NCBI RefSeq assembly: GCF_004010195.1
Contig: NC_057743.1
Coordinates: forward strand, 26,277,377-26,341,376
Source of the DNA: Chiloscyllium plagiosum
Lineage: Eukaryota
DNA length: 64,000 bases
Direction of reading: 5' to 3'
Every line of letters starts with the position of its first letter. Position 1 is the stretch's first letter. This document shows positions 1 to 10,600 of the stretch, one piece after another. Position numbers and translations under genes: made by a program. The notes under the pieces are model-generated. The model saw only the letters and a program-made list of their open reading frames with translations. It was not told the DNA's origin and made no database searches.

Positions 1-119
1 CTCAAGTATTTTAAAGTGTTTACCAAACTCCTCTTGAGATGTGCCCATCAATAATCTGACCTACTTCTTGTCTCCAATTTAATTAAATTGTCTGAAAGTA
101 AGCTTAAGGCATGACAGGA

Positions 120-600
120 TAACTCGACTGTGTGGAATGCCTATCCTGTGTCATGGGGGGAGTTGTGGAAGTTTCAATGTGGTCTAGACAATCACATGTA
201 TGGGAAGTGATTCCAGCAAGAACTTGAGCTCTAGATTTTTGAACTCAAGCAGAGGTAGAATCACTGGGGCATATATGAATAGTGTGTTTAACAAAATGGT
301 CACATTGCAGATTTAGAGTAACCAGGCAAAAAAGGAACAGATAAATGCTTAGCAGTTTAAGAAGACCAGGCACGTAATATTGGAATGCCATGAATCTATA
401 TGTCTCTAATTGGTTTTCACCCTGGATGCTGGTGTGGGTAATGGCACATCAGAGGAATGCATCAAGAGCTAACCTTGTGACACCAGAAGAGGTTCAGCTG
501 CACAGATGAGGACTGCAAAGGCAATAGGAGTAGGTGATTTGACTGGGGTGTTTATTTAGCTGTAGACATGACTTCAGGATTGTATGTTGCCTTCTTGGTG
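120..600 (+). mobile_element. Degraded CR1-type LINE ORF1 remnant
   Basis: Decayed Cys/His pattern (gaatgcctatcctgtgtcatg...cacatgtatgggaagtg) resembling the CR1 ORF1 zinc finger; many stops. Confidence 0.4.
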
Positions 601-659
601 CCAGAATCAAGATGAGATTAGCTTTTTTTAGGACAGTGAAAAACCAGAGGCTGTGGTTC

Positions 660-925
660 ATAGATTCACACAACAGAGAAGCAGACTCTTCAGTCCAACT
701 ACTCCACACCGACTTATGTTCCCAAACTAAACCAGTCCCATCTGCCTGCATTTGGCCCATATCCCTCGAAATCCTCCGCAAATCGCTTATATGTTTTGCA
801 ACAGGGGTTCCAGCACTGATTCCTGCAAACACCACTGGTCACAAATCTTCAGTCAGGAAAAAAACCCTTCAACCATGACTCTCTGTCCTCATGGGTAAGT
901 CAGTTCTGTATCCATCTTACCAGTC
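660..925 (-). mobile_element. CR1/HER1 LINE 3' tail fragment
   Basis: Reverse complement of the tail seen at 46740-46890. Confidence 0.75.
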
Positions 926-1019
926 CACTGATGACTCAATGTGACTTCAAGCCCCCATAATTATTGTAATAATACCTTTCTTACATGCCTTTTCTATCTC
1001 CTGATTTATTTTCTTCCCC

Positions 1020-1290
1020 ACATCCACAACGTACAAGAAACAATAACAAGAGGGCATAGATTTCAAGTGATGTGCAAACAAGACTGATGTGAGAAAAAAT
1101 TTCACACAGATGTTAAAAGTATGGAATGCACTGGCTGGAGTAGGTTCAATTGAGACATTCAAGAGGGCATTGGATTTTTCTTTGGATAGAAATGGCATGT
1201 GGGAAGATGGGAACAGACAGGAGATTGGCGTTAGATAATACAGACCAACTAGATAGTAGAATATGATGAGCCAAATGGCCTCCTTCTGCA
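1020..1290 (+). mobile_element. CR1 LINE 3' fragment
   Basis: TRGHRFQV...FTQ..KVWNAL-like end of ORF2 plus 3'UTR. Confidence 0.7.
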
Positions 1291-2199
1291 CCCATAATAA
1301 TTGTGATACTGTCATCCTCACCTGGTCTAGCTATATGTGATTCCAGGCCCACAGCAATGGAGTTGACTCTCAACTGTCCTCTGCAAAGACCTCGCAAGCC
1401 ACTCAGTTCAAGTGCAACTAGAGATGAGCAATAAATGTTGGACCAGCTCAATGCCAGCATTCCATTAACAAATTAAAAACAAAATATAAAGATTAAATTC
1501 TCCCATAACTGCTACATTACCTTTGTTACAAGCTGTGATAATTTTTTGTTTAATGCACTGTCCAATCATAACTACTATTGATGGAAAATAAACTAGTCCC
1601 ACCAGTGTTTTCTGAGTCTTGCTATTCTTAATCCCCATTCATAATGATTCTGCTTCCTCATTTTCTGAACCAATATTCTTTTCCATTAATCTCCATCCTT
1701 TATTATTAGGCTTACACAACCTCTTTTTCCATTCTGCCAGTCATTTTGAAATGTTGCGTACACTGGAATATTTGTTTCCCATCTTTGGTCACTTTGTTCT
1801 TACATCTAGTGATGGCAATTAGATCTAAACCATATCTTTCTCTTTTTCTTTACAGGTTCATCTGTCTTATTGCAGATTCTCTGCACATCCAGACAAAGTA
1901 GCTTCAATTTTATTTTTACGACAGTTCTCGGAGGCACTATTGCCACTAAACTCTGCTGCTTCTGGTCCCATCAGCATGTACTTACCCACATTGATAGGCA
2001 TCACTATTATCTCAACGTTTCTATTTGGATTTGGACATATCTCTTCACCTGAAAATCTTCCCTATCTCTGTAGTTTAAAACCATTCGTCCCTATTCTGGT
2101 CATAGTAGTCTATGCACTATTGTGTTTTGACATTTTGTTTCCTTCCTGTCACATTCTACTATTACTTGTACTGCAATTCTGGACTACTACCTTGTATTT

Positions 2200-2490
2200 T
2201 GTCTTTAACTTGCATTTCGGAAGAAGAAACATAGACAATACAAGCTCAAAGGCACAATTTTGAGGGGAGTACAGGAGCAGAGGAAACGTGGAGTTCAACT
2301 GCATGATTCTCCAAAGATGGCCAGGCAAATTGAAAGAGTTATGATGAAGATTTATAGGATCCTTGGGTTTATAAATAGAGATAGAGTATAAAACAAGGAA
2401 GCGATGCTACATCTCATTGTTCAGACCTTATTTGGAGTATTATGTTCAGTTCAAGGTACTTTATTTAGGAAAAGATGTAGGGGTTTGGGT
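2200..2490 (+). mobile_element. CR1 LINE RT fragment
   Basis: RPYLEYYVQF motif of CR1 ORF2. Confidence 0.7.
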
Positions 2491-2539
2491 TAGGACAAGG
2501 GAAAAGGTGCCTCAAGCTCTAAAATTGTTGAACTTGATA

Positions 2540-3075
2540 TTGAATCCAGAAGGCTGTAGAGTTGCCTGCCACTTCAATACACCACCTTGTTCCCTGGCCA
2601 ACATCTCTGACTCAGATCTGTTGCAGTGCTCCAGCATAGTTCAGCACAAGCTGGAAGTACAGCATCTCATTTCCTGCATGGGGTCTAACCTTCTGGACTC
2701 AATATCAAATTTCACAATTTCACCTAAGTCCTTACCCCACTTTGATATCACATGGTCTGTTATTACATACAACCCATTGTTAGCCACTAATCATCCCCAT
2801 TAGCAGTCATTCATTCTCCGAGGGGACTCATTATTCACTCTTTTGTCTGTCCAACTGTTCTTCTTTCTGTTTGGGCTCTATCTCTACCTACCGTTTACCC
2901 CTTATCCCCTTCCTCCACCCTATATTCTAATTAAAAAACTTGTTCCTAGCTACATCAGTTCTGAAGAAGGATCACTGGACTGGGAAACATTAACTCTGAT
3001 TTCTCTCCACAGATGCTGAGGTTTTCCAGCAATTTGTTTTGTTTTGTATTTCAGGCATCTGTAATTCTTTCGGTT
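2540..3075 (+). mobile_element. Penelope-like element 3' fragment (GIY-YIG C-terminus, 3'UTR, decayed hammerhead)
   Basis: VACHFNTPPCS...HKLEVQHLISCMG resembles the PLE endonuclease C-terminus; ctgaagaagg...gaaacattaactct at 2961-2997. Confidence 0.75.
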
Positions 3076-3357
3076 TGTTTGCCCCAGAACATCAGCTGAG
3101 TTTCTTGATTAATAGTCTTGCAATAATAGCACTAGGCCTCCACCATCTCATTACCCAATGTGTGATCCTCAAAGTTTCTGCAACAATATCTATCATATGA
3201 ATTGAACAAGTAACTAGTTGCAAAAATTGTATTGTGGTAACTAGATTTCTAATTAGACCAGAAAGTGGTTTTCCTTGGCCACATGAATCAAGCAGACCCT
3301 ATTAGATGTTTAGAGATTTGTGGCAATAACCTTCATCATAAGCAGCATGCGTATAGG

Positions 3358-3567
3358 TTAGAGTGGTGCTGGAAAAGCACAGTAGGCCAGGCAGCATCTG
3401 CGGAGTAGGAAAATCGACATTTCAGGCAGGAGCCCTTCCTGCTGAAGGGCTCCGGTCCATAATGTTGATTTTAGTACTCCTCGGATGCTGCCTGACCTGC
3501 TGTGCTTTTCCAGCACCACTCTAATCTTGTCTCTGGTCTCCAGCATCTGCAGTCCTCACTTTTGCCT
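3358..3567. mobile_element. Palindromic Penelope-derived hammerhead cassette, family A (degenerate)
   Basis: ~85-bp inverted arms (ttagagtggtgctggaaaagcacag... / ...ctgtgcttttccagcaccactctaa) meeting at a damaged ctgctgaagggc core. Confidence 0.8.
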
Positions 3568-4279
3568 TTGAGCAGCTGGTATGGTATAGTGTAGTGTAGT
3601 GTAGTGAGTTGACATGCTCATAGAAGGACTGGTTTCAGGAGTGTGCTTTTCGGGTGCTGATCAGCACCAAGAATAAGCTCAAACTTCTGACTGTATCTGT
3701 ATATGTTGAAAATTAGCATGACTGCAAATACTCCAGGCTCTTGTGGATACATAGATCCTGAGAATCCATACCTTCATAGTTTTGTGCTGCTGATTTTTTT
3801 CTATTTTAGAACACATTGCAAAGATAATTATTACAGCCAGTCTTTCCCATTGCCAGCATGTGTGATAAAGCCATTGATAAATCTAACTTTGTCAGTGCCT
3901 ATAGTTCAATAGTGATTGCTGTTGTGACATTGAACCATAACCTGAACTGTCCTTAGAGTCTGAACCAGCAAAACGTTCGATATTCCCATGCTGCACTCCT
4001 ATTGCGTTGATTGATATTTATATAAATGTCACATAGCCCAGCAGTAACACAAACATAGCAAGAGATTTGATGGAAGGGGAGAAGTGGGGTGACAAAAAAA
4101 ATTGAGAGAGAGATTTATAGTGAAGATACATCATATTGGAGTCAATATGCAAGACCTGAGTTGGTGCATAAACAAAATAGGTGGGATGAGAGTTTCAGTT
4201 TACAGTAGTAGTAGTTTGGTTGGGGGTAGTTTGCAGGGATAGGGATAAGGCAGGAGGGGATTTCTATTCAAAAGCAAGG

Positions 4280-4285
4280 TTTATT
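4280..4285 (-). terminator. Candidate DNAJC11 polyadenylation signal AATAAA
   Basis: tttatt on + is AATAAA on -, about 360 nt downstream of the stop in an AT-rich 3'UTR; usage not verifiable from sequence. Confidence 0.5.
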
Positions 4286-4642
4286 ATGGTAATAGCGTCT
4301 GGTTTTAATTTTAATTTTCTTTATACATCAAATAGACTTCATAAAATGGAATCTTCTTCCAGGGTACAGGAATCACTGACAAAAGGTCTGAATCCCAAAC
4401 TTCAAATTGTTACAGCATTCTGTGACAGATGACACGGAGAAACCCACAACCGGATGTTGCTATTTAGTGATCTGTAAAAGCAGTTTTTAAATCTTTGTAC
4501 ATTGAAAAGAACCAAAAAAATTCTACATACATAAAAATAATTATATGTGCACTCTCTTTAATTTATGGGACACTGAAGAGTTTTAGCAGCTGGTCTCTGT
4601 TCAGGTTCAACTTCTCATCACAGCCTGCAAATCACTTTCTCC

Positions 4643-4668
4643 TCAGCCATCTGTGTCAATCCTGTGTG
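4643..4668 (-). CDS. DNAJC11: DNAJC11 exon 16 coding part (26 nt, includes stop)
   Basis: ttcacag|(S)HRIDTDG-TGA, matching the C-terminus recalled for vertebrate DNAJC11. Confidence 0.95.
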
Positions 4669-7600
4669 CTGTGAAGGGAATCAGAGGAAACAGTTATTTT
4701 GCAGTAACGGATAACTCATCGATGAGCAGGAATAACCAAATCTAGTAGCATCTTCAAAACAAAGAAGCTGATGAGACAGCTTTATTAGTGAAGAACTTCA
4801 ACTGAAAAGTTAATGGGTTACATTTTCAAATTTAACGCAAGGTTCAAATAAATCAAACATTTCCATCACTTTCATAAAGGCAAAAACACTGAAAGCAAAC
4901 AAAATCTCAGTTTGCAGCAGTAACAAACTTTTAAATTGGACAAAAATGCTGATTGCAACAGATTTATTCTGTGTGGGTTGGGAGACAATGGAGATGATGA
5001 AAAGTCCTCAATGACATGGTGAGCTCTTATTCCCAGTTCACTAGATACAAATTTCACTTCCATACAGTTACTTTCTCCACTGAAATTTCACATTTCAGTC
5101 ATTAATATGGAACATTTCCAAGAACTTTCTGAAGTGATATGGTCAGTAATACCTTGGGCTTGGGGTGGATAAAAATATAGCAAGACAATTAAACTTTTAT
5201 TCAATTGAACCTTGCTTGAATTCATATTAACTGTCCTTTCTATTTAAGTGCTTGCATGACGTCTTGCAAAATAAATTTCATTCCCCCAAATTATGTTTAG
5301 CTTTGATTTCCATTTGCAACTCTTCAGATAATGTAGCAGTCAATATACAAATGCAATCTAACCTACAAAAAGTTCAGGCTTGTGCTTTAACAGGAAAGTA
5401 ACTCATTTCCCACACAACTGTCAGACATTAACCATTTCTGACAATTTCCCCTGACAATCAATGTGGTGTAAATGAGCCAGCAAGTTCTCAAAATACAGGT
5501 CTCTCAATCTCCTGCACTCATTGATGGACTAGTGTCTGTTTAACGTAGTTATTTTTCCTGCAAGATCCAGTTCACGTTCTCATTTATTAACAAACTGATG
5601 GCCCAAGGTATTACTGACCATATCACTTCAGAAAGTTCTTGGAAATGTTCCATATTAATGACTGAAATGTGAAATTTCAGTGGAGAAAGTAACTGTATGG
5701 AAGTGAAATTTGTATCTAGTGAACTGGGAATAAGAGCTCACCATGTTATTGAGGACTTTTCATCATCTCCATTGTCTCCTGGACATAATTTTGAATATAA
5801 CTCACATTGCTTTGGTATCCTGAGGGATTCATTATCGGCTGTCATGACCTGGTGCAGAACCCCTCGGAACAAATAGATCACTTTTAGGCTCTTTTCCTCT
5901 CCGACACATGGGTCATAGAATCCTGGTACACTAATCTGTAATAAACATATAGTTTGTGAATGATTATACAAACACACAACCGAATTCAGTAGGAAGAATC
6001 TGGCAATGTACACTATAACAGGTCCTCAAGGAAATTAAAATTCAAACTTTGCTCTCCCCATTTAATGACAACTTTGTTTTGGAACTTTAACTTACCTCAC
6101 TGGTATGTAGCAGCTTAACTCAACTGGCAGCACATTGAACTTTGAGACAAGTAATTGCAGGCTCAAACCCTGTTGCAGTATTTGACTATACAATTCGGAC
6201 TAACAGACCAGTGCAGTAATGTGGAAATACTGCACTCAGATGAAATATTAAATTGAGATTATTTTAGCTGGGTGTATTACAGCAGGTTCTCCAAGTTACC
6301 TGGTCAACAATTATCCTAAACAATATCAGAACTGAACAGCATTGCTATTTGTGAAAGGTTCTGTGTGCAAATGGACTATGTGTTTCCTTAAATTGCAACA
6401 ATTACTGTACTTCAATTGTACGAGACATGTTCTGAGATGTACTAAGGTCACAAAAAACATTTTAAATTAAAGTTCATTCTTTGTTTAATAGAACATATCT
6501 AGGTTCAATGTTGAGAAACTACCCGAAGAATTATGAACCGTGTTCAAGGTTCCTGAGTAAAGGGGATGAATTGGCAGCATGGTGACTAAACACTTTGACC
6601 AAGTGGTATATTATAAGGAGCTTTTTGATGGCCAGGACAGAGCACAGAGGTGGAGAGATTTGAAAAGAGAACGAAAGAGCTGTACATTATAGTATGGGAT
6701 GTTACATCACTGCTTGGATCAAATTCCCACATCATAGCACTCAATAGTTTGCAGTCACCTCAGGTCAGCAGGTTACACGTTACAGGCCCTCTCCAGAAAC
6801 TTGAGCAAATATTGTAGGCAAGCAGCACTTAGGAACAGCAGCACCACTGAAATGCCACCTCTCAGATAAGCTGTAAACTAAAGCCCTGTCTGTTGCCTCA
6901 GGTGGCACTATTGCAAAGAAAAGAGTAGGGGAGTGGTTCACAATGTGTAAATATAACTTCAAAGTTTGGGTGAAGATTTGTAGCTCGGGTGCTCGTTGTT
7001 GTGGTTCTGTTCGCCGAGCTGGAAATTTTTGTTGCAAACGTTTCGTCCCCTGTCTAGGTGACATCCTCAGTGCTTGGGAGCCTCCTGTGAAGCGCTTCTG
7101 TGGCGTTTCCTCCGCCATTTATAGTGGCCTGTTAGTTGATGTTCATGGATGCGGATCGTTAGCTGTCTTCCTGTTTGTCCTATATAGTGTTTTGTGCAGT
7201 CCTTGCATGGGATTTTGTACACTACATTAGTTTTTGTACACTACACTACATTAAATATAACCTTGGTATTTAAAAAAAAGGAGGGAATCAAAGGCCATTA
7301 GTAATAGGTAAAACTGCTAGAATCCATTATTCAGGACACAGTAATTGGGCACTTGGGAAAATCACTACGAATAGGAAAAAATCATGGTTTACCTTTTTGA
7401 AGGTGTAATAGTAGGTAAAGGGAAATCAGAGAAATGTAGTATATTTGGATTTTCAGAAAGCATTCAGCAAGGCACTAGAGGAAATTGCTGCACAAGATTA
7501 TGTCCATGGGATTGGGGAAAAATACGTTAGTTCAGATAGGCTAATGGACAGAAAACAGGATGTATAAATGGACTGGCAGTTTTCCAGATAGCAACGTGTA

Positions 7601-10600
7601 ACTAATGTTGTGTTGGGAGGATCAATGTAAAGAGCAATAGCTCAAGCAATCTAGATCGAGATTTGGATGACTGGATTGAATGTAATATAAAAAAGTTTGC
7701 TGACAATGCAAAGTTAGGGGAGAAAAGAAACTGAGGAGCTTGCAACGAGTATGCAAAGGAACACAGTCGGGCTAAGTGGATGGATATGAACTGGCAGATG
7801 GAATGTAAAGAGTATAAGTATGAAATTCATTCCTGATGAAGGGCTTTTAACCGAAATATCAATTTTCCTGCTCGTTGGACAATGCCTGACCTGCTGTGCT
7901 TTTCCAGCACTACTCTAATCTAGACTTTTGCCATAAGTATGAAATTTAGATTAGATTAGATTAGATTACATTACAGTGTGGAAACAGGCCCTTCGGCCCA
8001 ACAAGCCCTGCACATCTTTGGACTGTGGGAGGAAACCGGAGCACCCGGAGGAAACCCACGCAGACACGGGGAGAACGTGCAAACTCCACACAGTCAGTCG
8101 CCTGAGGCGGGAATTGAACCCGGGTCACTGGCGCTGTGAGGCAGCAGTGCTAACCACTGTGCCACCGTGCCGCCCGGCAAATTATCCACAATGATGGGAA
8201 ATATGGAAAAGAGGAATAGTTTCAAAAGATAAAGCATTATTATAATGCTGGTAATAAGAATTTGGATTCCTCTGCACTTGAATCACAGAAGTAAAATGAT
8301 CTCTGGTGCTCTGGTTTCTTCCCACGACCCAAAGATGTGCAGATTAGGTGAATTGGCCATGCTAAATTGCCCATAGTACATCAGGGAGGTGTAGGTTAGT
8401 TGCATTAGTCAGGGGTGAAATGTGGAGTAATAGGGTAGGGGAATGGGTCTGGGTGGGTTGCTCTTCAGAGGGTCGGTGCGGACTTGTTGGGCCGAAGGGC
8501 CTGTTTCCATACTGTAGGGATTCTATGATAACACATTAGAAAGGCAAATTGTACGTTAGCTTTAACAGCAAAAGAATTGAAGAACGTACAAGAATAAGAA
8601 AGTCTTGATACAAGTATTATGACTTTGGTAAGATCACAGCAGAAGACTGCAGAAGGATGGATGTACTTACTTTAGAGGAATTGCAACAAAGGATTACTAG
8701 GATGGATTCTTGGAATGAGGCTGCTGCCCTATAAGAACAGTCGAGTGGACCCATGCTCTCTCAATGTCAGAAGAATGAGAGGTGATCTGACTGAAAAGCA
8801 TAAAATTCTAGGACAACTTGGCAAGGTAGATGTTCAAGAAAAATGCTCCCTTTGCTCCTGAATTGGGGGCATAGATTCAGGATAACTAGATTGTCACTTA
8901 GGAATGAGATAAGGGGAAATTCTTTCACTCGAAAGATTGGAACCTTCAGAATTCTCTGCCCCAGAGTACTGTGATGCCAGTTAATGAGTATATTCAATAC
9001 TGTGATCCAGACATTCTTGGTCAATAAGTTAGGATAGAGGAGCTGATGTGGCATTTCAACCATGATCTCATTGAAAGTTGAAGGAGGTTTGAAAGACTGA
9101 AGAGCTATTTCTACTCCCACTTCTTAGCTAATGTGTGTCTTAGCCAATAATTATCTCCCAATCAACATCTTAAAACAGATTATTGCATCATTGTCACATT
9201 GTTATTCTGTATAAATTGTCTGTATAAATTGGCTTCTGTGTTACTTTAATTACAATAGTAACAACACCTCAGAATGACTTAAATGGCTGTAAGGTGCTTC
9301 AGGAAGTTGAGGCTGTGAAACGGTTGCATAAATGCAAATATGTCTTTGCTGTTCTTCTTGATCATTGCTGAGATACACTTGGGAGCCACACTTCCGCAGG
9401 TCAGAAGAAACCTTGAGGAGAGATTGAATTAAGAAGAAGCAGGTACGGCAGGTAGTTAAAAAGATAGAGAAAGGGAAAAAAAAAGTTCTCTTGGTCCAGA
9501 ATGAGAGCAGTGAAAGCAATACAGTGTTGGCAAACCAATGCAAAGGGCAACTTTTTATCAAATAAATATTTAGCCTCACCTTACAGGCTTCAGTAAGAAT
9601 GAGTTTTGACTCCTTTACCAGACACTGAAGAGGAACTGTCACATCAATCACCTTGGCCCTCTCATTCTTCCCACTGCTGTCAGTTACAAACTTTCCATAC
9701 CAGGCATTGGTAATAATTAAGCCTGAGGAGACAAGTAGATATTTACACATGTTCAGCAATATCATATTCACACAGACATGCCCAATACTGCTGTACAAAG
9801 CAGTGGGAGTCTAAAACAGAGATTCTCAATACGAAGTTCATGAACAGAACGATTCTTAAGGATTGTGATGAAAGCTTGGGGGTCAGTGGATTCCCGTCTT
9901 TGTAGGGTCTGGCACAGCGTGGCTATATTTGTTAATTTGGTCTGGGTTTATCTGAATTATAATATTCAAGATATGAAACATCCATAGCAATTATTGATTA
10001 GCTCTGGCTTTCTTTCCATTCCCAATCTGCGCTTTGCCATTTAGTACAAGGGGATTCCAGGATTGTGTGAATATTGGACTCAAGGACCCCCTCGCATGTT
10101 CAGATGTGGGTCATAGACTCTTGAAGAATGAGGCTATGGATCAGATGAGAGAATTTCTCTCTGAAACTACATAAATATTAGCAGAAGGCAGATACATAGA
10201 GAAGACTGGAAACATGGCTATCATAATCTTCTCACATTATATACAGAATCTAAGAATGATGATGTTGAGAAGTGCAATTTCTCCACAGACATAAGCCACA
10301 GATTTCTCTCCTCCTCTTTCGTGAACATATGGGTCCAAACTGGTTTACATTTTTTCATTATCTTCAGCTATGATATTCACTATTTTGGGAGAAAGTGAGG
10401 ACTGCAGATGCTGGTGATCAGAGCTGAAAATGTGTTGCTGGAAAAGTGCAGCAGGTCAGGCAGCATCCAAGGAGCAGGAGAATCGACGTTTCGGGCATGA
10501 GCCCTTCTGAAGGAATAAGAAGGGCTCATGCCCGAAACGTTGATTCTCCTGCTCCTTGGATGCTGCCTGACCTGCTGTGCTTTTCCAGCAACACATTTTC

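Larger units (their letters stand above)
7262..9125 (+). mobile_element. Old CR1 LINE RT/3' region interrupted by younger inserts
   Basis: [16 protein letters not shown] and WQME motifs with frameshifts; CR1 3' end near 9100. Confidence 0.75.

Noticed and set aside
950-1312. ~20-bp imperfect direct repeat (cccataat.attgt.ata) at about 954 and 1292
   Set aside because: Probably a decayed TSD or tail duplication around a CR1 fragment; no further structure.
3358-3567. CRISPR-like array or DNA-transposon MITE reading of the palindromic cassettes
   Set aside because: No repeat-spacer periodicity. Asymmetric arms, variable 8-14-bp TSDs in sister copies and hammerhead cores fit Penelope-derived retro-insertions better.
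1-4200. Neighbouring gene exons downstream of DNAJC11 (e.g. THAP3-like)
   Set aside because: No recognisable coding exon; the region is mostly repeat fragments.
7976-8194. Recurrent '[17 protein letters not shown]' ORFs (also at 21281 and 33774)
   Set aside because: Antisense translation of HE1 SINEs, not a protein family.
9250-9798. 182-aa ORF as a standalone gene
   Set aside because: Exon 14 plus read-through into flanking introns.
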